Shown here: one piece after another, positions 26,708-39,243 of the stretch
Numbering within the stretch: position 1 is the stretch's first letter
Layout of the letters: every line of letters begins with the position of its first letter
Source of the DNA: Nemertoderma westbladi
Lineage: Eukaryota > Animalia > Xenacoelomorpha
Assembly (NCBI GenBank): GCA_032718475.1
Contig: JAUCBJ010004773.1
Coordinates: forward strand, 1 to 64,000
Length of the DNA stretch: 64,000 nt
Direction: 5' to 3'
The notes under the pieces: model-generated
Database searches by the model: none
What the model was told of the DNA's origin: nothing
What the model saw: only the letters and a program-made list of their open reading frames with translations
Made by a program: the position numbers and the translations under genes

Positions 26708-28105
26708 ACACAATCTCCCTTATTACAACAACCATTTTTACAAAGTCGGCCAAGTAGCCCTTTGTGTGTTTCCGATGTAAAATTTTATGGTGATTCCGAA
26801 TCTGTAATCAGCTTTTCGATAAGTTGTTTTGTTCTCGAGTTATGGAAACTTTTATAATTTTCACCCAAAACTTTAACATTTGTAATTTTGATGCAGCACC
26901 ACATTTGTCACCAAAAAAGACCATCAAACACCCAAAAATTTCGAAATATTTTGTCATTTTAAGAATCAGCGCCGAAAATTTGCATATAGAGATCAAAACC
27001 GCAAAAGAATATCATTTTTGAAAAATTCTAAAAAATTGTTCACTTTTGGTGCAGTTTGGTCAGTTGTAATGATGAGGAAATGTTAATGTCATTTTTTCAC
27101 GTTGGCTTCTTTGGAACTCTCTCTATCTACTTTTTAACTACTCAACCGATTTTCGTTCTGTTTCTGCAGAATTATGTAGAGGAATATTCCGCGCAAAAAT
27201 TGTGTTGACAGAATTTTAAATTCTTGAAGAATAATATTTCAAAAAATTTGATGGTCTTTTTTGTTGTCAAATGTGGTGCTGCACCAAAATTAAAAATTTG
27301 CAAATTTTGAGTTAAAATTACAGAAGTGCCATAACTCGAGAACGAAACAACTTATGGAAAACTGATTTCAAATTCGGAATCACCATAAATTTTACATCGG
27401 AGAACACAATAAAAAAAAATGACCCCTTCTCACGGTTGTGAAGGGGTGAACCACCCTTCCCCCTTAAATTTCACCAAAAATTGCCAAAGATATTATCAAA
27501 AGACTAAGTTGTAAATTTCGAGACGTAAATCGCTTGAATTCTAATGTTTTTGTCTTAATTCTAGAATATTTATTACGCGTAATGAAGGTGGATCATTTTA
27601 AACACTCAGCTAAATAATAATTAACTATCACCTTTTATTTATTTTTGCTATTAATATAATCCCTAATCCCTTTTGATGCTAGCACTGAAATTTTACAATT
27701 TACCCCCCATGGGGTGTATATTCTAGAATAAAGACAAACAAAATATTAGAATTATATTGATTTACGTGACTAAATGTATAAATCTTTGATTTCTTTTAAT
27801 TTTGATAATATATCCAGAAGTTATTGGTGAAATTTAAAAATGATATCTAGATTACAATCAAAAGACGAAAAATAAAGCCGATTGAGGTGGCTAAATATTG
27901 CCAAAAATGCGTTTTTTAACGGCTTGTTGTATCGAAATAGCTCATAAATTAAAAAATCCAGCTATGCCAGCAGTAAGAAAAGTTGTCAAACTAAAAATTT
28001 ATTGTCATACCAAATTTCGTAGCATATGATTGAATTTTGAAAAAATGAGAGGGGGGGGGCTCCTCCGACTTGCTAAAAATGGTTGTTGTATTAAGGGAGA
28101 TGTGT
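26708..28105. mobile_element. Non-autonomous foldback/DNA-transposon-like element with nested inverted repeats
   Basis: Outer IR of ~42 bp (ctcccttattacaacaaccattttt..agtcgg at ~26708-26749 versus 28064-28105). Internal ~165-bp IR (26765-26929 versus 27247-27409). Another IR at ~27467-27570 versus 27718-27835. Confidence 0.7.
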
Positions 28106-28217
28106 CGTTTATGGAGATATTTATATTATTTACATTCTAATGGGAAGGTAATAAAAGTTTTAACTAAATATTTAATTACTAATTTATTTCTACAAACAAG
28201 CAGCAAATATAATTAAG

Positions 28218-29549
28218 TTAACCCTCTTTATCGTAAAGATCAAGGTTATAATGTTCCCCGTAGACTTGTAAATGTTCGAATAACTCAGACTTTTGCGCTT
28301 CCAGATTCTCCGGCAGTTCCTTATAAACGTTGCTAAACAAATGCGACACTTTGGGTTTACGTTTCGCTTCGCTCTTTGCGAAAGCCTTCATTACCTTCTC
28401 TCTGGCTTTCTTCTTCCATACCTCCTCCTGGTCTTTGCTCCACAACTGGTTATTTAACATGTAGTTCCTTAGACGCGATATGGGATGGTCTGTCTGATCC
28501 CAATAGGATACCTCGTCTACAGACCTGTAGGCCGAAGAGTCATCGCTGGTGCTATGGTGGCCTATCCTGTATGTCATCGCTTCCACCAACACTGGTTTAT
28601 TCTCCCGCAGACATATCTCTTTGGCAGCTCTCGACACGTTATACATGGCGAATACGTCATTACCATCAACACGTAAAGTTTGCATTCCGTAGGCTGGGCC
28701 TCTCGCCGCCACACCGTCGCTGCGATACTGCTCGCTGGTGGGCGTGCTGATTGCGTAGCCGTTGTTCCGACACAGAAACACAATCGGGCAGTCCAAAGTC
28801 GCTGCAAAGTTCATAGCCGCGTGGGCGTCCCCTTCGCTAGAGGCGCCTTCTCCGAAGAAACAAACAACCACGTTGGATTTCTTCGCTAATTTATAAGCGT
28901 AAGCGACGCCCACAGCTTGCGGCATTTGTGTGGCAAGCGGGCTCGATATGGTCGCGAAGCCATGTCGAGCCGAGCCGTAATGGACCGGCATCTGATGGCC
29001 CTGCCCGAGATCGTCTTTGTTCCCGTAGCACTGATCCATAAACATCTCTAGCGGGTAGTCCCGCCACATAAGGACACCAGCCTCCCGGTACTGCCCAAAT
29101 ATAAGATCATCTGTATTCAACGCAGCCGCAGTGCCAATGTGAGTCGCCTCTTCCCCGTAGTTGGTCATGTAGAAGGAGATCCTCCCCTGTCTTTGCGATT
29201 CGTACATTATCCGGTCCATCTGGTTTAGAAGCGTCATCTTCAGGTACATCTCTATGATGGTTTTGGGTTTGAGTTTAGGGTCGTCGTCACCGACTATTTC
29301 TCCCTTTCGGTTCATAACGCGGTAGACGGGGATTGTGGAGCTGGACGGATCGATGAACTCGAGTTTACTCGTGAAGGAGGCTCGAGCGCCGAGGAACTGG
29401 GGTGTGTCGTCGTCTGCGTAGTGTTCGGCTACGGGTGGTTCAGGACTGTAGCGTCGGTGGGGTTGGCGACACATCGGCGTCGCGATGGGAGATAGTCGCC
29501 ATCGCGAGGAAGGGAGTGCGAATCTATGTAACCCGTGGATTAAAACCAT
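28218..29549 (-). CDS. BCKDHA: Branched-chain 2-oxo-acid dehydrogenase E1 alpha, mitochondrial; intronless, nested antisense in PIGN intron 2
   Basis: [48 protein letters not shown]...NNGYAISTP (TPP motif) and [18 protein letters not shown] (regulatory phospho-site). Arg-rich transit-like N-terminus. AATAAA at ~28183-28188 (-). Confidence 0.97.
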   Translation of the reverse strand: MVLIHGLHRFALPSSRWRLSPIATPMCRQPHRRYSPEPPVAEHYADDDTPQFLGARASFTSKLEFIDPSSSTIPVYRVMNRKGEIVGDDDPKLKPKTIIEMYLKMTLLNQMDRIMYESQRQGRISFYMTNYGEEATHIGTAAALNTDDLIFGQYREAGVLMWRDYPLEMFMDQCYGNKDDLGQGHQMPVHYGSARHGFATISSPLATQMPQAVGVAYAYKLAKKSNVVVCFFGEGASSEGDAHAAMNFAATLDCPIVFLCRNNGYAISTPTSEQYRSDGVAARGPAYGMQTLRVDGNDVFAMYNVSRAAKEICLRENKPVLVEAMTYRIGHHSTSDDSSAYRSVDEVSYWDQTDHPISRLRNYMLNNQLWSKDQEEVWKKKAREKVMKAFAKSEAKRKPKVSHLFSNVYKELPENLEAQKSELFEHLQVYGEHYNLDLYDKEG

Positions 29550-29816
29550 GGTGATTATTACTGTATTACAGTATTACCTGTATACAGATATATAGACCTA
29601 GGCCGGTAGGCCTACACTGATCAGCTGATAGGGATCCTACGCCTACCGCTACAATAATTCCAGCCAGAATTAGTACTGTAACTGTAGTACAAGTACAGTA
29701 GTACCGGTACTAAATGTACTACTGTACTGCTGTAGTACAGTAGTAACAGTAACAGAGTAGTAAGTTCTGAAGTTATCGAATTTCGGCAGTACAGCAGTAC
29801 CGGTAGGTACTGGCAA

Positions 29817-32800
29817 TTGAAGGATCTCCGATTTGACAACATGCACGACTGTACCACTTCGAACTTCAAACATCACTTCGAAAAATTATTGAACACAGAC
29901 AACGCACGAACTGGTAGTGATGAATTTCTGGATTCCCCATACATACCAGAGGTCGATGACCCCTTCACCGAAAGGGAACTTGCAGATGCGCTTAGCGAAA
30001 TTAAAATTAATAAAGGTTATATAGGAATTGGACTGGGGATACTCACCGCTTTACCGCGTCAATGGCTTTTGCTATTGCTATCAATTTTTAACATTGTTTT
30101 TCAGAATATATGTTATCTTAGCTCATGGGTTATCAGTAAACTGGTGGTCCTTTTCAAATCAGGTAGTAGATCTTCTTGCGACAATTATAGAGGGATTTCA
30201 ATTATGGATTCACTGGGTAAATTATATGATTTATTATTGAACTCTAGACTTCTTAGGTGGTGTAATATAGATAAATGTCAACTACTACTAGGATCGGCAT
30301 GCTGCATTGCAGCTGCATTTTTAAGAATGCTGTGCCGGCTTGTCAACAAAATTGCACCGCCACAACTCCCTATCACCCATGACATTTGCTAGATCATCCG
30401 CATCTTTAAGGCCAGTGTCCTTTAAGATGCGTCTCAAGAAAGTCATGGGCTGTCCACCATGCTTATTCACTCCATGAGGCTGCCAAAGTACAAGATTATG
30501 CACTGGCTGGTCCTCACGGCGAAAGCAATGTCCTGCAAAGCGGAGGCGATTTTGTTCTAGTGTCAAGCTTGGGGGAACCAATGAGACACCTCCAATGTTA
30601 TATAGTGTCTGGTTGGAGATGTGTGCATTGTACTTGACACAATGAACCCGGCGTAGCATTCTTGTGAATGTGCCATCCAGAGATTTGGTGTCCTCAGCAG
30701 TTAGAGCCCAGCATGGACTCCCGTAGAGGAGTACTGGAACTACTGCGGCTCGAAATAATCGGACCTTAAGTTTCTGATTAATTCTCGGTGTCTTCCAAAT
30801 CCTGGAAAGCCTATTCAAGGCTGCCCATGCCTTTCCCTTACGTATTCGAAGGTCCTCACCTGACTTCCGGATCCATGATCCCAGGTAACAGAAGTCGTCC
30901 ACATGCTCAAGCATACCATCCTTTGAGCTTATGCTCATCCGATCAGAGACTTGCTGAGGACTTTCAAAGTTAACTGTCAGAATTTTGGTCTTTCTGGAGT
31001 TAATAAAAAGACCAACACTAGAAGCAGCATGTTCTAATGAGCTGAGGAGCCGTTGGGCTCCCTCTAATGATTCTGAGAGTACTCCTAAGTCATCAGCAAA
31101 GTCTAGATCAGTTAGGTACTTGGCAGGATTTCCTCGACTTCTGGAGCCAGTAGGTGGAGTTATCATCACCCCATCATCATTATAATGATCTAAGGACATG
31201 CGTAGAACATAGTCAACCACAGTAATGAACAAGAATGGTGCAAGTGTGTCTCCTTGGAGGACGCCCCATAACACTTCAAATGGTTCTGTGTCACCGTCAA
31301 CAGTAGACACAAATGTTGTCGAACCATCGTATACTGATCTGATTGCTGCAATAATTTCATCAGGAATCCCATATAATGAAAGTATGCTGAACATACGTGA
31401 GCGAGAGACTGAATCAAAGGCCTTGAAGAAGTCAACAAAGATAACAGCCAGATGCCTGTCTTTCTTTTTTGATAACTCTTCAATTATCCTTCTAAGTGCC
31501 AAAATGGGCTCCATGGTCCCACGACCTTTACGGAACCCATTCTGATTTCCACGGAGCAGTCTCTCAATGGGATCCCTGATGCGATTTAATAGAATCCTAT
31601 TGTATAGCTTTGCAGCAATCTAGATCAATGAGATTCCCCGAAAAGAACCATAGAGTGTTAGGTTGCCCTTCTTGGGAACTGGCACCAACTTATTTGTTTT
31701 CATTTCTTGTGGGACTCTTGTTGTTCGGTACATGTCTACTACTGTATGATGGGATAGATGAGCTTTAAACACTCAGGTATTTTAAAGACCTCAGGGGGAA
31801 CACCATCTACTCCACTGGCACGATTGGTCTTAATGCTCTTTGCAGCAACCTTCACTTCTGCAAAGGAGATATCGCCAATGGGAATATCTGGGAGTACAGA
31901 CTCAGACACTTTTACTTCTATAAAGTTATCAGGCAATACCCTGTCATTATTGAGGAGCTTTTCAAAGTGGGCTTTCCAACCATTGAGGCGATCGGCTGGT
32001 GATTCAGCCTTAACCTTGGTGGTTGGTTGGCTTTTCCGCCCAGTAAGCAGATTGATCGATTTCCATGCCTGGGATGATTGCCTGCTGTCGTCAGCATCAT
32101 TGATGGCATCAACCTGTTGGTTTATTAGCTCCTGTAGATTAGCAGAGTACTGCCTGTTCAGGGACCTAGATGCAGCCTTAACTGCATTCTTGGCCGCTGT
32201 AGTCTGTTTGAGTCGGGACTCTTTCTGCGCCTTATGAAGGTCATTTCGGCACTTTTCGGTCATTTCACAACCTTTTCAAATCAGGTAGTAGATCTTCTTG
32301 CGACAATTATAGAGGGATTTCAATTATGGATTCACTGGGTAAATTATATGATTTATTATTGAACTCTAGACTTCTTAGGTGGTGTAATATAGATAAATGT
32401 CAAGCAGGGGGGTTAAAGAACAGAGGTTGTATCGAGCAGATTCTAACTTTGAGGCTGCTGATTGATTTAGCTCTGTTCAAGAAAGTAAAACTTTTTCTAC
32501 TTTTTGTAGATTTTAGCAAAGCTTATGACCGAGTGCCGAGGGATGCAATGGTTCAATACTTAAAGTGTCTTGGTTGTGGTAGGGTTATGTTGCTAGCGAT
32601 TCAGGCAATATATCGTTGTACTAGGAGTATATTAAAATCAGCAATAATTTTCGTTTCTATTGGAGTGCGCCAGGGCGCACCAACCAGTTGTATTCTTTTT
32701 TGTATTTACTTAAATCGATTAGTCACAATGGTAAAAAATGTAATAGATCGCGATGGTTTCATTGGTGCAATAAATATCCTACTTCTAATGGACGATACGG

Positions 32801-34090
32801 TGCTTTTGGCAACTAGTCGTGAGAATTTAAATAAAAAGTACTTTGCGTTGTGTGAGTTTTGTAGCATATCTGGGATGGTAATAAATAAAAAGAAAACTAA
32901 GTTTTTTGTAGTCAACGGGTCAACGGACGATAAATTACCTTTACATTGTAACGATATTATTGTAGAACACTGTACTAGTTATGTGTATCTAGGGAGCCTA
33001 TTTACAGAAGATGGCAAGATGTCATCTGTGTTTAAATTATTAGAACGTAAGTTTGAAGAAACAACGAATAAATTCATAATATTTTGTACTGTAAACTCTT
33101 CAATGCCATTTATTTTAAAGAAACGTGTGCTTGAAGCTGGGGTTATGTCGTCATTGCTGTATGCGTCAGAGGGATGGCTCACAAACAACGTGAAAGTAGT
33201 TGACAAATATTATCACCGTATGGTAAAGTCCCTTTTGGGCGTCAGAGATCAGACACCAACTGATCCGTGTTTGATAGAAGTTGGTCTCCCCCCCATAATA
33301 CATCGGATTCATAGATCCAGGCAGCGGTTCTACTCCAAAGCGATGACGTACAACATTGACACCCCCTTCAGACAGGCGTTGGAGTTGTGCAGGGCTGCTA
33401 ATAGTCCAGGTTATAGGTTGCTTACTCATGTAGACAAATCGAGTGGCCTAGATGCAGTGTCTAGCCGTATTTTTAATAAACCGGATAAATGTACGAAATT
33501 TTATACATATCGAACTATTTTGAATAAAGGTATGTCCGTGCACCCGATATATTGTGTAAGTAAGCCATATATTCCTGATTACTTAAGAGTTGCTTTTACA
33601 CGTATCCGTTTAATGAGTCACAAACTCAGAATTGAAACTGGACGTTGGACACGGACGCCCTCTCCCGAGCGCGTATGTGTCTGTAATAATATTTCTATTC
33701 AAGATGAAAAACATGTTCTTATTTGTTGTCCACTATCTACACCTTTGCGTTCTAGTTACCCCAATATGAATTTTGATAACCTTGATGCATTATTATATAA
33801 CAACAACCTACTTGATTTGTGCAGTTACATAACTAAGGTATTGAAGTTATATGAAACCTAGGACTAATTATATTGCATTATATTTAAAAATGTCTGTGAA
33901 ACACATTGTTTTATATGGTTTTATTGGTAACATTGTTTATGGCTGAATTAGTATTATTAGTATAGTTATAGTTATAATATTAGTATTAGCAATACGATTT
34001 AGATATGATTTAAATATGATATGATTTATGTATTATAGTATACGAAAATAAACGGCGCTCCAGGCGCTACCTAACTAACTAACTAACTAC
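29817..34090 (+). mobile_element. 5'-truncated non-LTR retrotransposon (RTE-X-like), interrupted by an RTE insertion
   Basis: RT motifs YRGISI, FVDFSKAYD, GVRQG and LMDD. C-terminal SHKLRIETGR...CVC...DEKHVLICCP. AT-rich 3' UTR ending AATAAA...(CTAA)n. Clade assignment is from motif recall. Confidence 0.85.
30282..32270 (-). mobile_element. 5'-truncated RTE-clade LINE (copy B) with (TAG)n tail, flanked by a 133-bp direct repeat
   Basis: RT motifs FVDFFKAFDS, GVLQGDTLAPFLF and DFADD. Premature stops near 31620 and 31739. Flanks 30149-30281 and 32271-32403 are identical. Confidence 0.92.
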
Positions 34091-34091
34091 C

Positions 34092-35209
34092 CACCCATAT
34101 GGTGGGGGTGTTTGAAAAAGGTGGACTGGATACAGAAAACATGGACAACGGACAGACCAATCATTATGTAAAGCAGTTTGTAGCAATTGGTCTGTCCACC
34201 TTTTTCAAGTTTTCGCTTTCTTAGTTACATAATTGGGAATAAGATGTGTGTTTGAAAAAGGTGGACTGGACACATGCACAAAAACATAGATAATAGTCTA
34301 ACCAATCAGAAACGTCCTAGGCGTATCTCCTAGGCGTATCTACCCCCCCCCCCCCCCCCCCCCGCGCAGTATTGCCCCCCTATAGACTTACAGCATAATA
34401 ATAGTAGGTTTAGCGTACCGTACAGAACTTTAACTTGGATTTATTGGTTTATTTTTGTGGTTGGGTTAGTTGGTCAGGCCCAAACCCTAATTAAAACTGT
34501 CATTAGTAACCCTATGACCTTAAAGTCCCGATGCTCTAGGCCTAATCTAAGACATTTTGTGGAATTTAGGATCCAAAATATTTAAGGTTGGGGTTACATG
34601 ACAGTTTTAATTAAGGTTTTGGGCCTCCATTTCCACTTTGAATTAGGGTTTTGGACCGCCACTCCCAAAATATGGGGACTTATTTACCCCCCTCGCTGCG
34701 CTCGGTCGTTTAATAACAGATCTCGGGATGAATGGTAAATAAAGCATATTATATTTCCCTCTCAGTGCAATAGGTAGTTATTATAATTAACTTTATACTA
34801 TAATGAGTTAGAATATTGACGTTCCAAAACTGATGCTAAGGCTCAGCTCACAGACTTTGTGGCTCGCCCGGGACTCGCCCCATATTATTGAACTAGGCCT
34901 ATATCGACAACTTCGGTTGGTCACAATAAGTATGGGATAATAATAACAATAATAATCCATAAAAACCTTCTGAATTTTTTTGAAAAACGTGGACAGAGCT
35001 GCTATAATGTGCAAATCAATCTGATTGGTCAATTCATTGCCTGTTCTTTCTCAACCCAGTCCAGCTTATTCGAATTTGAAAAAGGTAGACAACAAAGCTG
35101 AAAAAGGTGGACATGCTGTGTGACGCAAATCGCCCGTGATTGGTCTGTCCATTGTCCATATTTTCTGTTCTGTGTCCAGTCCACCTTTTTCAAACACTCC
35201 CCATGGTGG
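34092..35209. mobile_element. MITE-like element with ~70-bp imperfect TIRs
   Basis: gtgtttgaaaaaggtggactgga..catggacaacggacagaccaatca (34108-34163) matches the reverse complement at 35137-35198. Partial internal copies of the TIR are present. Confidence 0.7.
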
Positions 35210-36410
35210 TCGGTTTGTAAATTTAAATTTAATGTTCTAATTTTCAAGTTTCAACAAAAATACAGAGTCTGGCGATGACGACTCTCACACTTGACTATAA
35301 TGCTGTAATGGCTACACTCTAGTTCCCTAGGCCAGGTTGCACACATTGACTTAGTTAAGTACTGTAGCAAACTTAAATTAAGTTTAAGTACGAGAAAAAT
35401 TGGAATTGCGTTGCACAGTTTTTTTCTTACTTAAGTAGATACTTAAAATTTAGATATAAGTGTATATTTTTAAGTCTGCCAAAAACGTATCTTAGCAGGA
35501 ATTTTTAGGTGAAAAATGTCAGTATTTCCTATAAGTCTACCAATCCATCATCCTCAGAAGAGGAAATCTTACACAACATTTACGAGCTGTGTAATGAAAC
35601 ATAATTTTTTGACCGATTCCGGTTCTGCAAGGACAATTGTCGGTTTGGAATCTGATTCGCCCTATATCGACAGAATCCAAGCTGGTAACAAAGGCCTAAC
35701 TGTTGGCAGTGACCCTACCATATTTTATGCAATTGGGAGCTTCCTGCATCTAGCTGGGAGACAGTTCACAAATCATCCGCTAGTGGAGCCGTTCGGGATG
35801 TTTCAATCACCCTGATCCAAAAATAAGACCAGTTTGTGAAATTCCCTTCTACACTCAGCGCAATTGAAAAAGTTTAAGCAGAATTCTTTGAAATTGCTGG
35901 TTTTCCTGGAGTTTACTTCTAGGCACTAATTTTTCAATATTAATTTAACATTAAATGGAACACTAATATTTGTATACATCTTTGTTACCATTTACTTATA
36001 TTGATTGTATTTAGGATAAAATCAAGACAAAGAAATCTTTCATGAGCCTCTATGCTAGGCTATAATAAACTGGCTGGGATTCCCTTTACTTGGGCGTTGA
36101 TAGCTTGTTGGTGCTGTAAACTACATTATGTACAAGATCAGTACATTGTGTGGGCACCGCCCCTTTCCTTAAAAAGGTTTCGGAATGTTAGCCCATCCCT
36201 TTGACCCTTTCACATATAGTTGGCATTCCCCCCCCCCCCCCCCCCCCCCCCAAATATGTAGATAAACCAATGCACACACACATTCTATGGTAACGGATAA
36301 CCAATCTATTGTAACCTTTGTACTAGCTAGCTACGACCATGTTATTCCAATTAGTTAAAGTATTTTGGAGAGGAATGCCTTCAGCTCTCTTTGACAGGTG
36401 AATTCAATCC

Positions 36411-36560
36411 TGATTGGATGGTATTAATAGGAGTTGGCGTAATGTTTAAAAAGCTGAAAACGATTCTTTATGATTGGTTGATATTTCTGAATTTACGTCA
36501 TTGTTATGTAAGATAAGAGGTTGCCAATAATGCGAGTGTCACAGTAAGTTATATATAAGG
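36411..36560 (+). promoter_or_regulatory. Putative Pol II promoter (CCAAT boxes and TATA box) of the UBA-MTase gene
   Basis: TGATTGG at 36411 and 36471, CCAAT at 36524, TATATAAG at ~36552, about 110 bp before ATG 36663. Confidence 0.55.
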
Positions 36561-36662
36561 CAAGGGCGCGGTGTGGTGTGGAGTACTGGAGTACGGAGTA
36601 GGCCTATCTGTTTTATATCATTTTCATTGTTATTGGTTGTTTCTGAAAAATATTTTGTGAAA

Positions 36663-38483
36663 ATGGCAGAAATTATTTGCGAATCCCCTGTTACAACTGG
36701 TATTAACTCTTATTCATTAATGCCATCCTACGTTGCGACTTCTGAAGGCTTGGATATACTTAATGGCCATGGATTCACTCACAGCACAAAGAATGCCCAT
36801 TTACTGTTAATGTTCGCTGGGGATTTACAAGTTGTATTGAAGATCCTACAAGGCCAGAGACAAAGATCAGTTAAAGAACGCGAAAGGGTGAGTCTTTATT
36901 TATAATTAATAAACGCCATGCCAGCCAGCGCCATACTGCCATACAGTACAGTTTGTTTGCGTTTCTTCATACTTACTATGTGTCATTTTATTTATGCCGA
37001 TTATTTTATTACAACATTTTTACATTAGTCAGACACCTGGTACTATTAATGGCGAATTATAACTTTCGGTCCGTCTAAACAAAACACCCAACACAACAAG
37101 TCACACGAAATCACTCAAAAAAACTAGCAAACTGTACTTAGGCAACATCATTTTAGTAAATTTGGTATTATAACTGCGGAATGCGTGGATGAAACTTTTA
37201 ATATTAAATCGAAAATGTTACAATTTTTAAATATAATTACATATGTTCTCAATATGTTCTCAGTCAAGCCATGCGTGTTGCTAATTGTAAAGTGCAACTT
37301 TTTACACAAATTATTTGCATGTACGATTTATTTTCTTTCCCAGGACCTGAATAGAAGCAGACGTCAACGTTTCCACGAAACAATCAAACAGCTGGTGTCA
37401 GAAGGTTATCCAGACCATCAGGCCTTCATAGCAGTCTGGCACAATGATGGCGACATAGAGACAGCGAGACGGAGTCTGCAGAAGAAATTCAATCTACGGA
37501 GGACAGAGTCAGACAATGAAATAGATAGCGAGGATGTCAACAACATACAGGAGCCGCTTACAGAAAGTGTCGCTACTGAAACCGAACCTGAGGAGTACCG
37601 GTATGTGATTGAGAAGCAAGACGTTGAATTGTTGGAAAAACTTACTCTTTGTCACTACAAACATTGTGAAAAGGTTTTAGAAAAAACTAAAGATTTCGAA
37701 GCCGCTAAAACTCATCTTTGTATTTATAGAGAAACCAAATTACAATCTGTGAGAACTACAGAAGAGAGACGCGATAAAGTTAATGAGTTGATTAAAATTA
37801 CAGGTTACTCCCGAGAAAGGTGTAAGAATATTCTAGAACATTTCGGTTGGAATTTAGAGAAAACTGTTAATAAATTTAATAAACATAAATCGAAAACAGA
37901 AAGTGTTTCGGAGAATAAGGATGAGTCATCCGGTACAAACAATTCAGATTTCGAATTAACGAATTTGCCGGAACTTCGGGATAAAGAGCAATATTTCTAC
38001 TCGAAGCAAACCTTGCGGGATCTAATACGCCTCCTCGCGGGGTTCGACAATCCTTGTTGTCTGAGTTGTCCTTCGGTTGGCGACGCCTTCTATCAGATGC
38101 GACGACACGTGACCGTGCTGGACATAGACGAACGGTTTAATTATTTACCGGGGTTTCGCTACTTCGATCTCAACTCTCCCACGGTTTTGGATGACAACTT
38201 CGATATAATTCTGTTCGATCCTCCGTTCTTCCAGATTCCGATGGAGCGGTTGGTTGCCGCGGTGGACAAAGTATCAGATGGGAAGGACGAAGGTCAACCT
38301 TTTATTATCAGTTTCGTTAAACGCAAGCAGAAGACCTTGTTAGATAGTTTCCATAGATACCGGCTTAGGGCTACTAATTACTACCCCGAGTACGCGTCTG
38401 TGAAAAGCAGTAAGAGACTAAATTATCTATTTTATACCAACTGGGATGGACTTCCAAACAACGCAAAAGATCTAATCATATAA
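36663..38483 (+). CDS. Two-exon gene (36663-36887, 37344-38483; ~454 aa): UBA-like repeats plus a C-terminal N6-adenine-MTase-family (EEF1AKMT1/Efm5-like) domain; nested on the same strand in PIGN intron 2
   Basis: Donor AGG|GTGAGT at 36888 and acceptor tttcccag| at 37343, both phase 0. MTase motifs EQYFYS, CLSCPSV, LDIDERF, FDIILFDPPFF and FYTNW. Confidence 0.75.
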
Positions 38484-39087
38484 CAAGTTAATATTTATTA
38501 TAACTAAAGTATAGAATTTAAGTTGTGAAGTACTTGTTTTTTATCATTTTATTTCCCTCTGATTACTTATTTACATTGCCGTATATTGATATTAACAGCA
38601 GAGTAGACCTGAGACCATTGCTTTGATTATCTTGAACCGTCCTCGTGAATAAAGTACAGACGTTGACGTGCATATATCATAAATAATTAACGTGACTGCA
38701 CTAATTGCTTGGAAAGGAAACGTGCCTATTGTGTTGTTGTTGTTGTTGTTTATTGTTTTCTTACTTCTCAAATTTCATACTCTAAAATTTTTGTGTTCGT
38801 TTAATCTCATGGTCTTGTCATGTTTACTTTACGTCTATGCATTAAATAATTACATATTATTAATATGATTTAAGATGATACATTTTAATTTATTAGTACC
38901 GGTATAATAATATGTGTAATGTGTATTAAGATATAATAACTATTTCTATTAGTTACAACCTGCTACCGCGAATGCGGTGGTGAAATTGGAACCTGAGGGT
39001 GATGGACAATTACAGTATAATAAATGCTTCAGGCCAGGCCCTCTGATAAGAACACCATCAATTATCATCACACACATAATAAGAGCC

Positions 39088-39243
39088 CAATAATAACCAA
39101 CAATAATAACCAACAATAATAACCAACAATAATAACCAACAATAATAACCAACAATAATAACCAACAATAATAACCAACAATAATAACCAACAATAATAA
39201 CCAACAATAATAACCAACAATAATAACCAACAATAATAACCAA
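39088..39243. repeat. 13-bp tandem repeat (AATAATAACCAAC)n
   Basis: About 12 perfect copies. Confidence 0.95.

Noticed and set aside
28218-29549. Bacterial contamination or HGT origin of the intronless BCKDHA
   Set aside because: It has a transit-peptide-like extension, the eukaryote-type [13 protein letters not shown] site and a poly(A) signal.
37185-37343. N-terminal 53 aa of the 432-aa ORF
   Set aside because: GTG start, AT-rich and ending in a clear acceptor; it is intronic.
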